Source: an uncultured virus (IMG/VR IMGVR_UViG_3300022700_000138)
Taxonomy: Duplodnaviria; Heunggongvirae; Uroviricota; Caudoviricetes
Strand: one strand, 5' to 3'
Length of the DNA: 64,000 nucleotides
Virus record (IMG/VR): IMGVR_UViG_3300022700_000138
Part shown: positions 39,870-49,910 of the stretch, in pieces
How positions within the stretch are numbered: the first letter of the stretch is position 1
How the letters are laid out: the number at the start of each line of letters is the position of its first letter
Notes under the pieces: model-generated
Told to the model about the DNA's origin: nothing
Seen by the model: only the letters and a program-made list of their open reading frames with translations
Databases searched by the model: none
Position numbers and translations under genes: made by a program

Positions 39870-40352
39870 ATGGCGACATTAGTTTTCTTCATTGTGGCCT
39901 ACTCACTCGCATTCTTAATTGCGGATGCATCGATCTTTGGTGTATCGACTCAGGCATTTCTACAAAAACCAGAAGATGTTGAATACAATAGGAATAAGGG
40001 GGTACTGAGATTTAGATACTATCTTCTACGCGTACCAAAAATACAAGAATTTTTATCTTGCTATTTTTGTCTCGGCTTCTGGACTGGGGCCCTTGCGCAT
40101 TTGCTTATATACCTATTATCATTCTACATACCGGACTTACTAACTAGTTACATTCTACTGAATGTAGGCATCAGCACAATCGGTGTAGCTATCAGCACTT
40201 TAGTTGCTGCATTGGTTAGTGCACCAGCGTGTCTGTTCGCAAACCTGATTATAGAACTAATCGAACTAAAGGTAGAGAGAGAAAATGAAAACATAGACCT
40301 AACAGCTACTAACAACACTTACAATGACAATGATCCAATGATGGGTATGTAG
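39870..40352 (+). CDS. DUF1360-like membrane protein
   Basis: LSCYFCLGFW motif between TM helices. Confidence 0.6.
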   Translation: MATLVFFIVAYSLAFLIADASIFGVSTQAFLQKPEDVEYNRNKGVLRFRYYLLRVPKIQEFLSCYFCLGFWTGALAHLLIYLLSFYIPDLLTSYILLNVGISTIGVAISTLVAALVSAPACLFANLIIELIELKVERENENIDLTATNNTYNDNDPMMGM

Positions 40353-40354
40353 TA

Positions 40355-42445
40355 ATGGGTATACTCAAAGCAACAAATGATGCACTGCAGAGGCAGTTAT
40401 ATCGGGGCACGCTTGCGCGATTGGTCCCCAGAGGTATGGCAATACCTCTTGATCCGTTTGCTAAAGGCAAGATACGTTTTGGAAGAAAGATAGAGTTCGT
40501 ACTGCCGTTCTTAGCTCTGCAGAACAGATATCAGCTAGACGTCGATGCGGTATTTGATACGGATAGGATAGTTTTGAATTTTGAGCCTGTTTGGATGAAC
40601 GCTGGTGGTTTTGTTTTTATTGGTGAAAAAGAACTACACGAGATAGAAGACGTGATCGACGGCACTGTAATACTGTCTACCAACTTACTAGCAGACCATC
40701 CGGCAAACGAGCCAGTGTACCATTATAGCAATCCGGTAACGGTGGAGGGTAATTACTTATCTGGAGTAGATATAATCAATATCGACACTGAATATTTTAT
40801 AGTCCGTGGAGACCATATCGCCATTTCATCACGTGCCGACATAAATTTATCTTTTAAGGAATACACAGTTGAAGATTACAGCCTTATAGGAACCACAAAT
40901 GGGCAGAATCAATATCAATTGCTTCTTGACCGTCCAATACATAGATCGTTAGAGGACGCGGAAGTAATACAACTACGTGCTTTTATGGCATACAAATCTC
41001 AGATAATATCTCTCCCAACCCAATCAGACGCGGTCAGGCAGCTTGTGGGTCCTTTTATCCTTGATTGGGTCTCGGCTCCATTTATAGTGGACCTCGGATT
41101 AGATGAACGCCAAACGATACAAAAGTACAATGATGCACGGGTACCGCTGGGTCCACCCGAACATATTGACAAGAACACTCCTATCATACACAGACCTATA
41201 CGGGCTGATCAATTCCTATGGTGGGACGTAATAGATGGTGAAATAAACTACGACAAAGGGATAGAACGATTCTTAATGTTCCCAGATGAGAAGGGCCGAC
41301 TACATATAAACTACGATTGCGTGCCAAAAATAAAGGTACCATCCACCAATGCTAGCGGTAGTATTATTACAACGGACCCCAGTACACTTTCAAATAATGA
41401 ATGGTTTGTAATTGATGATAGTGTAAAGAAGATGCGATTTGAGTATAAAGTTAATCCATCCTACATTCCTACGGCAGAAAGCCCCGCAACTGGATCAATA
41501 AACATATCGTCAATTCCTACTAGTAACAACCAATGGTTTGCCCTTGATGACGGTTTTGGTACGATACAATACTTCGAGTACAAAATAGATTCCTCGTTTG
41601 TTGCTAACAATAACTACGTAACCATAGACGTAAGTAGCGCGGCTCTACCTCTTGACGTCACCATACTCACAGAAACAGCCGTCAACAATTCTAGCATAGG
41701 AATATCCGCAGCCAGAAGCGGCACCGTCCTTAACCTGACCAACGATATAATCAGTACCAGAGGCAACAAACCAATATTAATTGATGGCACACTTGGGTGG
41801 GCAATAGTGGGTATGAGCGGCGGTACCATAGACGTGTACACCATTGATATTAGTTCTCTGACTACAGCTGCACAAGTAGCCGCGTACACAAGTGCTGCAA
41901 TAAACAAAGCCGATCTAAAGATAACCGCAGACAATCCCGGCATATTTAATTCATTTCGCATGTTTAACGCGTTACCAGGCACAGCAGGTAATGTACCAAT
42001 AACCGAAAGTATCACCGACCCCAATTTTATCATAACTGGTATGTCGGGCGGCACCGGTGGGATCAACTGGCATTTTCAAATAAAACCGGATCAAGACATT
42101 CTACTCAGAATACAACTATACCCGAACGACTGGGTAAACTACAATTTGCCAGCAAATGTGGACTCTACTGTCGTAGTAAGCCTAGCATCCACAGACGAAG
42201 AAGTAGAAAAAATGAATATTGTTGTCAGCGCACCAAATCCGAACGCTGAAGTCTCCATGACAGACTGGCAGCCTGCGACTCCTAGCATAGGAGCAATATC
42301 GAACGAATACGTGTTACAGATGATTGGAGACTATAGCGTTGCAGCTCACACAATCTGGGCAAAGCCCTACCTGTTTTCGCTTGAAGACATCAAATTCAAG
42401 CTAAACGAAGAAAACAACCTTAACAGTGGCTTTGTACGAGTATAA
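40355..42445 (+). CDS. Putative virion structural protein
   Basis: 696 aa with internal duplication NNxWFxxDD...FEYK and GMSGGT. Confidence 0.55.
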   Translation: MGILKATNDALQRQLYRGTLARLVPRGMAIPLDPFAKGKIRFGRKIEFVLPFLALQNRYQLDVDAVFDTDRIVLNFEPVWMNAGGFVFIGEKELHEIEDVIDGTVILSTNLLADHPANEPVYHYSNPVTVEGNYLSGVDIINIDTEYFIVRGDHIAISSRADINLSFKEYTVEDYSLIGTTNGQNQYQLLLDRPIHRSLEDAEVIQLRAFMAYKSQIISLPTQSDAVRQLVGPFILDWVSAPFIVDLGLDERQTIQKYNDARVPLGPPEHIDKNTPIIHRPIRADQFLWWDVIDGEINYDKGIERFLMFPDEKGRLHINYDCVPKIKVPSTNASGSIITTDPSTLSNNEWFVIDDSVKKMRFEYKVNPSYIPTAESPATGSINISSIPTSNNQWFALDDGFGTIQYFEYKIDSSFVANNNYVTIDVSSAALPLDVTILTETAVNNSSIGISAARSGTVLNLTNDIISTRGNKPILIDGTLGWAIVGMSGGTIDVYTIDISSLTTAAQVAAYTSAAINKADLKITADNPGIFNSFRMFNALPGTAGNVPITESITDPNFIITGMSGGTGGINWHFQIKPDQDILLRIQLYPNDWVNYNLPANVDSTVVVSLASTDEEVEKMNIVVSAPNPNAEVSMTDWQPATPSIGAISNEYVLQMIGDYSVAAHTIWAKPYLFSLEDIKFKLNEENNLNSGFVRV

Positions 42446-42457
42446 GGAAAAGAAACT

Positions 42458-44680
42458 ATGGCCGATATTCCTGGACCAAGTTATCTCGTAAAACAGTCTT
42501 TAGATAGACTAAAGTACGGCGATGATATAATACAACAGGAACTCATCCAACGGCTCTATCTAATGATGGGGCATCCGGACTATATAACTACAACGAGTTA
42601 CGGCATCGTAAATGACTTTGATCCAGATAGCTCTGTAGCGGCCGATGGTGATTTCCTGGCTGTTAGCGAAAACGGTACCACAGAACTAACCGTGGATATT
42701 AATCCCGGTATGGCTGTTTTCAAGAGTGGCGTGTGGATTATTATAACAGATTTCGTGCGCAAATTGTTCTTAGCTGACCAGTCGGTCGGTATACCTAATG
42801 TTATATATCTAGAATATACGATACAGTCTGGTCCAACAAGATTAGACAAGTACCATAAATCTGTTCCCGCATATACGATGCGTATTGGTGGTCCAGCGTT
42901 AGATTCTGCTCCGTCAGCGCCCGCCAATGAATCGGTGTTGGTTGGAATAGACACTTTAGACGCATACAACAATTACAGCGAAGACCGAAAAGTTAATATG
43001 GTCCCACTGGCAGTGGCGACTGTCCAAACTGTAATAGATCCAAATACCAGCCTAGAAACCACCACGCTCTCAATTGACCATACTAGAGCTACATATAATT
43101 TCAATAGACCATGGTTTTCTGCCCAAGACGTACAACATAGAAACCAACTTGGCTCAGGGGTCCGGACTGAAAACAACGCACATGCCTTAGAACAAGATGA
43201 TCTGACGGTAGGTGATTTTACACCGCAGCAGATTAGATCCAATTATGGGTTTGTAATTGCAGAAGACAAATCCGTGCCAAACCAACCTGGCTATCGTTGC
43301 CAAGTGGCTATCCCATACACAAATATCAAAACAGATGACGCTTCGGGTACGAATACTGGATTTGCCAACAAAAAATATTTCGAGCTGGATTCATATCCCA
43401 CCAGACTAGGTAAAGTATGGGTAGAGAGTACCGGAGAGGAACTGGCAGCCTTACTAGTGGAAGAAACCAACATTATAGTATTTGCAGGTGATGATCCCCC
43501 GCTAAATGAGAAGGTTGGCGCATATTACACTAAAGTAGATGTATGCGAACCACCTGCGGGCTCCAATGAAATTAACTTCACTACCAAAAATGCCTTAGAG
43601 GAAGAACTGGTGTTTGCAGGTGGGATAAAGCATAAGACGCTAACCTCTACAACAGAAGAGTTCAATGATGCACAGAGATTTCCGCTAAAGTATAACGTAA
43701 TATTAGACGGGGAAGGTACTTTAACCAAAACACCTCAGCCAATATACTGCTATAAAAGAATCACGGCTATAGGAACAACAGATGATATATCTATAGACCA
43801 GTATGGCCCCGCAAAAATAATGGTTGGTCTAGCGGAGGCTTCTGGCAGCGGTTCCATGAGCGTAAAGATTAAGGTATCCGGTACAGACGAAAATGGCAGC
43901 TCGATAAGTCACACCTTCGAGTTTACTGGTGGAACGTGGACTGACCCCTACCCCCTACCAAGTACCACAACTCCAGAAGGTAGCGTACGAATATCCGACA
44001 AGCTATTTTACTCTACAACCGAGGTAACAGTCGAGGAGGCTATAGACGCCGGGCCTAACGCATCTGTTATGGCGTGGGCGTTACTGAATCCGGTAGACAC
44101 GCAAGAAAAACTTAAGGATGCATGCTGGGTTGCTGAAACAGTCTGGGACGGATTTAGACTGGCAGAAATACGAGATAAACGGATAATTAGCACAACCGAC
44201 AAAGATACTGCAGATATAGGCGTTGACACCCTTGGGTATCTAACCCATGTTCTCGGTCTTGGATCCGCACCCACTGTAATGATGGAGGATTTCAGGAACC
44301 CCAGGTTTCACACCCAGATACTCAACAAAGACATAGACTCCAGCCTCTCTAATAATCACCCCTCGAATAATATGAGTAAACTTCGGCCAGGATTTTACGG
44401 AAAATATACTACACGCGCATATCCAGTAATGCCGGGCTCAGGAAACGACTGGCGCGTGTTCGTGATCCCTAAACCGGATGCGTTGAATACTATCTCAAAT
44501 AACCCCCAGCCACCGGATTTTTACTATTACCAATCCGGTTCTTGGTCAGGTCCAGTTGCAATGACGCCTGTTCCGGGGCTACCCCTAACATATGAAGCTA
44601 GCCTGACAGGTAGCGCACCTACTAGGGTAAAAGTGGAAGTAGTGCTACAAGAGGCACATGGATTGGTCCTATTTGGATAA
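42458..44680 (+). CDS. Putative baseplate/tail structural protein
   Basis: LTVDINPGMAV...NVIYLEY...VPLAVATV pattern like baseplate/fibre N-terminal domains. Confidence 0.55.
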   Translation: MADIPGPSYLVKQSLDRLKYGDDIIQQELIQRLYLMMGHPDYITTTSYGIVNDFDPDSSVAADGDFLAVSENGTTELTVDINPGMAVFKSGVWIIITDFVRKLFLADQSVGIPNVIYLEYTIQSGPTRLDKYHKSVPAYTMRIGGPALDSAPSAPANESVLVGIDTLDAYNNYSEDRKVNMVPLAVATVQTVIDPNTSLETTTLSIDHTRATYNFNRPWFSAQDVQHRNQLGSGVRTENNAHALEQDDLTVGDFTPQQIRSNYGFVIAEDKSVPNQPGYRCQVAIPYTNIKTDDASGTNTGFANKKYFELDSYPTRLGKVWVESTGEELAALLVEETNIIVFAGDDPPLNEKVGAYYTKVDVCEPPAGSNEINFTTKNALEEELVFAGGIKHKTLTSTTEEFNDAQRFPLKYNVILDGEGTLTKTPQPIYCYKRITAIGTTDDISIDQYGPAKIMVGLAEASGSGSMSVKIKVSGTDENGSSISHTFEFTGGTWTDPYPLPSTTTPEGSVRISDKLFYSTTEVTVEEAIDAGPNASVMAWALLNPVDTQEKLKDACWVAETVWDGFRLAEIRDKRIISTTDKDTADIGVDTLGYLTHVLGLGSAPTVMMEDFRNPRFHTQILNKDIDSSLSNNHPSNNMSKLRPGFYGKYTTRAYPVMPGSGNDWRVFVIPKPDALNTISNNPQPPDFYYYQSGSWSGPVAMTPVPGLPLTYEASLTGSAPTRVKVEVVLQEAHGLVLFG

Positions 44681-44691
44681 GGTACAAAACC

Positions 44692-45612
44692 ATGCCACAA
44701 AAAAGATACTACGATTACCATGCAACCGCCGATGATGCGTCAGAGAACTCTATACACTACGCGCTACATCCTAAAGGTGTTTACCGTGGGATGGAATTGC
44801 ATGTAACATCTAGCGGGGACGTCGAGATATCGCCCGGTTATTGCCTTATGAATGATGGAATAGTATGCAGAGAAAACGCGGCTTTTACCTTATCATTTTC
44901 TCCGCCTTCCGCACCTACGAACTACACAATAGTTGCCACCCATACAAACAGGCAGATAATAGGCGGCGTACCAGTTGAGTACAGTATTGTCGTAGGCACC
45001 ATTTATTCCCTACTAGATCCAGGATTCGACGGCGTGGTGCTTGGTTGGATATATCACCCAGGAGGTGCTACCCCTCTAAGTGACGACTTTATTGTAGAAG
45101 CACCAAAACGTGCGTCTCTATACGAAAATACAGCAACGGGATCGTTACTTCCGGTTGAGAGGATAGCGCCCATCCAACCTAGCTTTGTGTCATCTATTGG
45201 GCCCGACCTTACGTTCAACGCCGTTGAGTTTGACGCCGGCAACTTTACCCTGTACCAAGAAATAGTCTCGTCGCCGACCGCTGTCGGTGTCCAGACTGCT
45301 GTGCAGCATCTGCAATTCTATGTAAACGATAATACAAGACCGAGCAGCATAGAACTGTATTGCCTGGTTTATACCCCGGCTACCACAAAGCTAGACGTTG
45401 AAGTCTATGGCACTGACCAAGTTTTAGTACCAGTTACTGGGGGTACTATTTTGGGGGACGGCACTTGGAAAACCGAAACGGTAACTATAGATAAATCCGC
45501 GGGGACCTTTGATGATGGAAAGCCATACACAGTACGACTGACGTACACTTTGGATCCCGGCAATGCTGTTTGGGTAGGTAGGGTAAAGTTGGTACACTGG
45601 CCTTATCCGTAA
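44692..45612 (+). CDS. Putative baseplate/tail structural protein
   Basis: GVYRGM...VEISPG...VVLGWI pattern. Confidence 0.5.
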   Translation: MPQKRYYDYHATADDASENSIHYALHPKGVYRGMELHVTSSGDVEISPGYCLMNDGIVCRENAAFTLSFSPPSAPTNYTIVATHTNRQIIGGVPVEYSIVVGTIYSLLDPGFDGVVLGWIYHPGGATPLSDDFIVEAPKRASLYENTATGSLLPVERIAPIQPSFVSSIGPDLTFNAVEFDAGNFTLYQEIVSSPTAVGVQTAVQHLQFYVNDNTRPSSIELYCLVYTPATTKLDVEVYGTDQVLVPVTGGTILGDGTWKTETVTIDKSAGTFDDGKPYTVRLTYTLDPGNAVWVGRVKLVHWPYP

Positions 45613-45625
45613 AGAGAAAAGAACC

Positions 45626-46123
45626 ATGATCACCCTAGTGAAATTCCACGAGAACAAACGAACCGACGCTACAGACAATAAAGTAATAACAAAGACGCTT
45701 GGAAAGACTGGAGTACTAGACTGGGAGAAAGTCAGAGAACACGGACGTGTGCCGCAGGACGAAGAATTTTGGTTTGTAGAAATAGTACTGGAAAAGGGTG
45801 CAGGTACTCCTCGTGGACTATTTGTACTTAATCCGATAAAAAAAGTAGATACCCTAGAAAATGGGCGACCTGATATAATTAGAATGATTCCTGGAACGTA
45901 TAGCTCCAAAAAGATAGATAATGCTGTTTTATTGTATCCGAGTCAGCTGTCAGAAGACTGCCTGGGACCAAATTGGATCTGCAGCCTTAGTGTCCGCAAG
46001 AAAATAATGAACAAATATAAAGTAGACGGTCAGTATACTGTAAATAGCGTGATTGTTGTTTTCGACAATTCTGATTCTTGGGAAAAAGACTACTTCAAAG
46101 ATCCGAACCAGCTAGCCGGCTAA
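45626..46123 (+). CDS. Hypothetical protein
   Basis: 165-aa ORF, tight packing. Confidence 0.55.
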   Translation: MITLVKFHENKRTDATDNKVITKTLGKTGVLDWEKVREHGRVPQDEEFWFVEIVLEKGAGTPRGLFVLNPIKKVDTLENGRPDIIRMIPGTYSSKKIDNAVLLYPSQLSEDCLGPNWICSLSVRKKIMNKYKVDGQYTVNSVIVVFDNSDSWEKDYFKDPNQLAG

Positions 46124-46136
46124 CACGGGGAAACTC

Positions 46137-46574
46137 ATGCAGCAGATACATGGAACACATCTGTTGGTGGACGGGTACGTCTCTACTAGAAAAATATTAA
46201 CCGTACCCCACATAAATGATATGTTCGACGAGTTGGTCAGTACACTAAATATGCGCTACCTGACCGACGTACAGGCTGTTGAAGTACCGATAAATAAAGA
46301 CAAATTACGAGGCAGCCAGGACGAAGGCGGATTTTCTGTTTACTGCCAGATTACAACTAGCCATATGTCTGCCCACGTATGGCCCCTACGCAAAGCTGTG
46401 ATGCTAGACATATTTTCATGTGTTCCATTTGATTTCGACCAGGCGTTCAAAGTAGTTGACAAATATTTAAAATTCAAATATTATGCAGTCCACACCATTG
46501 AACGTAAGGATCCATTAACTGGGCATTTTGGTGGAAGACAGGTTGGTAATCTTGAACTCGGTCGAGGCAGATAA
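46137..46574 (+). CDS. speD: S-adenosylmethionine decarboxylase proenzyme (class 1b, pyruvoyl)
   Basis: GTHLLVDGY, GFS...ITTSHMSAHVWP, LDIFSC. Confidence 0.85.
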   Translation: MQQIHGTHLLVDGYVSTRKILTVPHINDMFDELVSTLNMRYLTDVQAVEVPINKDKLRGSQDEGGFSVYCQITTSHMSAHVWPLRKAVMLDIFSCVPFDFDQAFKVVDKYLKFKYYAVHTIERKDPLTGHFGGRQVGNLELGRGR

Positions 46575-46954
46575 TGGTTGGTTGTTGCCGTAGGCGCGCA
46601 AGGACAATCCCAAAAGGAAGCTCGTACTGTAAACGGATAGAGCAGGGTGGTTCCCAGCTGCGGCTTTGGATTGCGGCACATCAGGGATCTTATAAATTAC
46701 TAATGCGAAATCCAGATACCATGCAGTTCGTAGACGTGCTGCAGTTTATAGCACAGAACAAATGTAACGGAGCCATGGCAAGCATGGTCCGCACGCATGC
46801 AAATAGAATACTGGATGCAATCAGAAGAGATCCAGCTACTATGCGAAAAAAAGCTGCAAACGGAACCTCCCTAACGGCACTACTAAAAACAGCTGACGCT
46901 GTGCTGAAACAGGGAGGCAAAAATGTCGTTCAAGCTCACCAAACTCGCAGATAA
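46574..46954 (+). CDS. Basic hypothetical protein
   Basis: 126 aa, coupled by TAATG overlap. Confidence 0.45.
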   Translation: MVGCCRRRARTIPKGSSYCKRIEQGGSQLRLWIAAHQGSYKLLMRNPDTMQFVDVLQFIAQNKCNGAMASMVRTHANRILDAIRRDPATMRKKAANGTSLTALLKTADAVLKQGGKNVVQAHQTRR

Positions 46955-49910
46955 AACTTGTGAAACCTGCCCACTTTATCTGCATCCTTCGGTAAACAAA
47001 CAGGTACCAACTGAAGTACACCCTAACGACCATGACGGGTCTGTAGATGTTATGTTCGTTGCGGAGGCTCCGGGTGAAACAGAGGACTCGGTCGGTAGGC
47101 CTGTGGTGGGCGTATCCGGTAAGATATTACGTAGAGTAATCGTGCAGCTTAACGGATCCGAGAAGGGTACTGCCTACGGCAACGTAGTGCGGTGTAGGCC
47201 CACTACTGAAGACGGTAACAATCGTAAACCAACCCCGAAGGAAATCGGTATTTGCTGTCCAAATATTCTGGACACGATCCGAAAAATAAACCCAAAGAGG
47301 ATAGTAATTTGCGGTAAGTCCGCAGCACAAGGTCTAGCTCTGGACCCAGATACCAGAGAACCTATTAATCCGAATATATCAATCTCGAAACTTCGAGGGT
47401 TAGATTACATCGTGCGCACACCAGATGGTAGTGAATACCCAGCTACTATAACTTACCATTTTGCCTACGTAGCACGAAATCCTGTGTCAGGCAGTATTTT
47501 CAGGGAAGACATACTACGATCATTTATGCGGGCTAAAAATGAAGTACCAGATTATTCGAAGCCCGGACGACCCGCAGTGATTGCCGATACAGTAGATAAG
47601 GTGCGTAAATTATTGGAGCATATGGTACATGGGTTAACGTCTGATACGATAGTCGCCATGGACTACGAGACCGACAGTATTTCCAGAATTAACAACAAGG
47701 TTCTAACAGTTGGGTTTGCGTTTGAACCGGATAGAGCATTTGTCATCCCGTATGAGCATGTGGAAAGCCCTTGGACATCAAGGGAGCTACAAGAAGTACG
47801 CGCCCTGCTCACCAAATTCTTCCAGACTAGAAAAGCATCTTACAGATCTATTGTACCGCATAATGCTAAGTTTGAAGCTGCAATTACAGCAGATGCTTTC
47901 GGTGCGTACCTCGGTAATCTAAAATTGGAAGATACTATGCTTAGAGCGCATGCTTTGAACGAGAATAGAAAAGCCGCGCTAGGAGCTGCGTTCGGATTGA
48001 AAACGCTAGCTGACGAGTGGCTTGGGTTTAAGGGATACGAAGAGCCGTATATTGCTGAGGTTGTAGGCTTACGCAACAACGGCGATCTAGCCTCCGCAAG
48101 TTTACGCCCCCTTTGTGATTACAACGGCATGGACTGTTACGTAACCTACCGATTATTCCATTTTGGAGAAGCGATCGCGAGAAGGGAGGGATACCAGGAA
48201 AGGTTGAAGCGGCTCGGTCTTGGAATCCATGGTCCTGAGTCCGCATTTGCATCCGCTATGGAAAGAAACGGTATTCGAGTTGATATGGACAGACTCGAAT
48301 ACTATATGACACAAGATTCTCCAATATATAGAAGACAAAAAGAATTGGAGGAGGAACTGTATGGCAAAGAGACCGTAAAAATCGCTAACAAAATGCTTCT
48401 TGGTTCCCGTAGACGGGTAGCAGGAATGCAGAGTATCTGGGGTGATCAGAAGGATGATCCATGGGTCTTCAGTATCAATAAAGCAGAATCCAAGAAGGCT
48501 CTGTATCTGGACGTGCTGGGTTTAGAAGCGAACACAACGAAAAGCGGTAAACCCTCTGTTGATAAGGATTTCTACAAAAGAAATAAAGGTATTAGGGAAG
48601 TAGACATACTTTCTGAGTGGACTGCGCTAGATAAACTACGTGGAACATATATTGAGGGCATCTATAAACTTGTACGCAATAGCAGAGACATGCAGGATGG
48701 TAGAGTCCGTGCAGCATTTAACTTTCATACTACTGCCACGTCGAGGACCAGTTCCGACTCCCCGAACATGCAGAACATTCCAAAAGGGAAGACACCAACA
48801 GCAAAAGCTATTAAGAGTCTTTACATAACGGACGAAGGCTATGTTATGGTCTGCGTAGACTACTCGCAGGCTGAGGTCCGGTGGCTTGCAGAGATGTCGG
48901 GTGATGACAATCTAATCACAGCCTTTCAAAATGTCGCCAAAGCTAAGGACGCCTACCTGAAGAACCCTACACCAGAAAACGAGGTAAGGCTGCTGTCGGA
49001 GGGTGATTTCCACAGACAAACCGCTGCGCAATTAAACGATAAAGATCCACAATACGTGACCGACCTCGAAAGGGGAGCAGCAAAGTCTGTCGTATTCGGT
49101 CTGGTGTACGGCATGTCTGCTTTCGGACTAGCAAGTCGACTTGGGATTGAAGTAAGCGAAGCCGAGGCCTACCAAGAAAAATTCCTAAATCAGTTCCCGC
49201 AGGCCAAAGAATGGCTTTCAATGGTAGAACGTCAGGGATTCAAGGAAGGTTATGTAGAATCTCCTATTGGTCGTAGAAGACATTTGTTGTCGGGGTTCTT
49301 GGTCGGGTCCGATAATCAGTTTGTTGAATTTGGTGACGGTACCAGAGTTCCCACAGATATTTGTAAATTCAAGTCATATGAAGATCGTGTTTGTCGTAAT
49401 GCGCCTATCCAGTCTATTGCCTCTGACACCAATCTTATGGCTTGCATCGCCATACAAAACTATATTATCAAGAACAGGAGAGACTGGCGTTTAATCAATA
49501 TCGTGCATGACTCGATCATCGCAGAGATTCCGTTTCCTGAAGTGGAAGAGTATACCAGAATAGTTAACCAAATCATGATCGACCCGAACCTGTTCAAAAC
49601 ATTTGGGTTTAAGCTCAGGGTTCCATTTAAGGTAGACTTCACTGTGGGACCAAACTGGGGAGACCAGCTAGACGTAGAAATAATGGAGAGGTATTTCGTC
49701 CATTGCAACTCCTGTGAAGAGGAACGGCTCGAAAAAGCCAAACCTGAAAATAGAAGGTGTGAGGAGTGCGGGTCCAAAGACGCCGCCGTCGGAATGACTC
49801 AGGGCCCACTTAAAAAACTACTGAAGTATCTAGATAGCAAGTACCTGTACAGTGAGTATTGGAAGTACCGAAACGGGAAAGAGCGCAATGAAATCGAAGT
49901 ACGATTCTGA
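46923..49910 (+). CDS. polA: Family A DNA polymerase with N-terminal family-4 uracil-DNA glycosylase domain and 3'-5' exonuclease
   Basis: UDG: CETC, AEAPG, NVVRCRP; exo: DYET, HNAKFE, YNGMD; pol: DYSQAEVR, RGAAKSVVFGLVYG, VHDS; C-terminal CxxC...CxxC. Confidence 0.93.
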   Translation: MSFKLTKLADKTCETCPLYLHPSVNKQVPTEVHPNDHDGSVDVMFVAEAPGETEDSVGRPVVGVSGKILRRVIVQLNGSEKGTAYGNVVRCRPTTEDGNNRKPTPKEIGICCPNILDTIRKINPKRIVICGKSAAQGLALDPDTREPINPNISISKLRGLDYIVRTPDGSEYPATITYHFAYVARNPVSGSIFREDILRSFMRAKNEVPDYSKPGRPAVIADTVDKVRKLLEHMVHGLTSDTIVAMDYETDSISRINNKVLTVGFAFEPDRAFVIPYEHVESPWTSRELQEVRALLTKFFQTRKASYRSIVPHNAKFEAAITADAFGAYLGNLKLEDTMLRAHALNENRKAALGAAFGLKTLADEWLGFKGYEEPYIAEVVGLRNNGDLASASLRPLCDYNGMDCYVTYRLFHFGEAIARREGYQERLKRLGLGIHGPESAFASAMERNGIRVDMDRLEYYMTQDSPIYRRQKELEEELYGKETVKIANKMLLGSRRRVAGMQSIWGDQKDDPWVFSINKAESKKALYLDVLGLEANTTKSGKPSVDKDFYKRNKGIREVDILSEWTALDKLRGTYIEGIYKLVRNSRDMQDGRVRAAFNFHTTATSRTSSDSPNMQNIPKGKTPTAKAIKSLYITDEGYVMVCVDYSQAEVRWLAEMSGDDNLITAFQNVAKAKDAYLKNPTPENEVRLLSEGDFHRQTAAQLNDKDPQYVTDLERGAAKSVVFGLVYGMSAFGLASRLGIEVSEAEAYQEKFLNQFPQAKEWLSMVERQGFKEGYVESPIGRRRHLLSGFLVGSDNQFVEFGDGTRVPTDICKFKSYEDRVCRNAPIQSIASDTNLMACIAIQNYIIKNRRDWRLINIVHDSIIAEIPFPEVEEYTRIVNQIMIDPNLFKTFGFKLRVPFKVDFTVGPNWGDQLDVEIMERYFVHCNSCEEERLEKAKPENRRCEECGSKDAAVGMTQGPLKKLLKYLDSKYLYSEYWKYRNGKERNEIEVRF

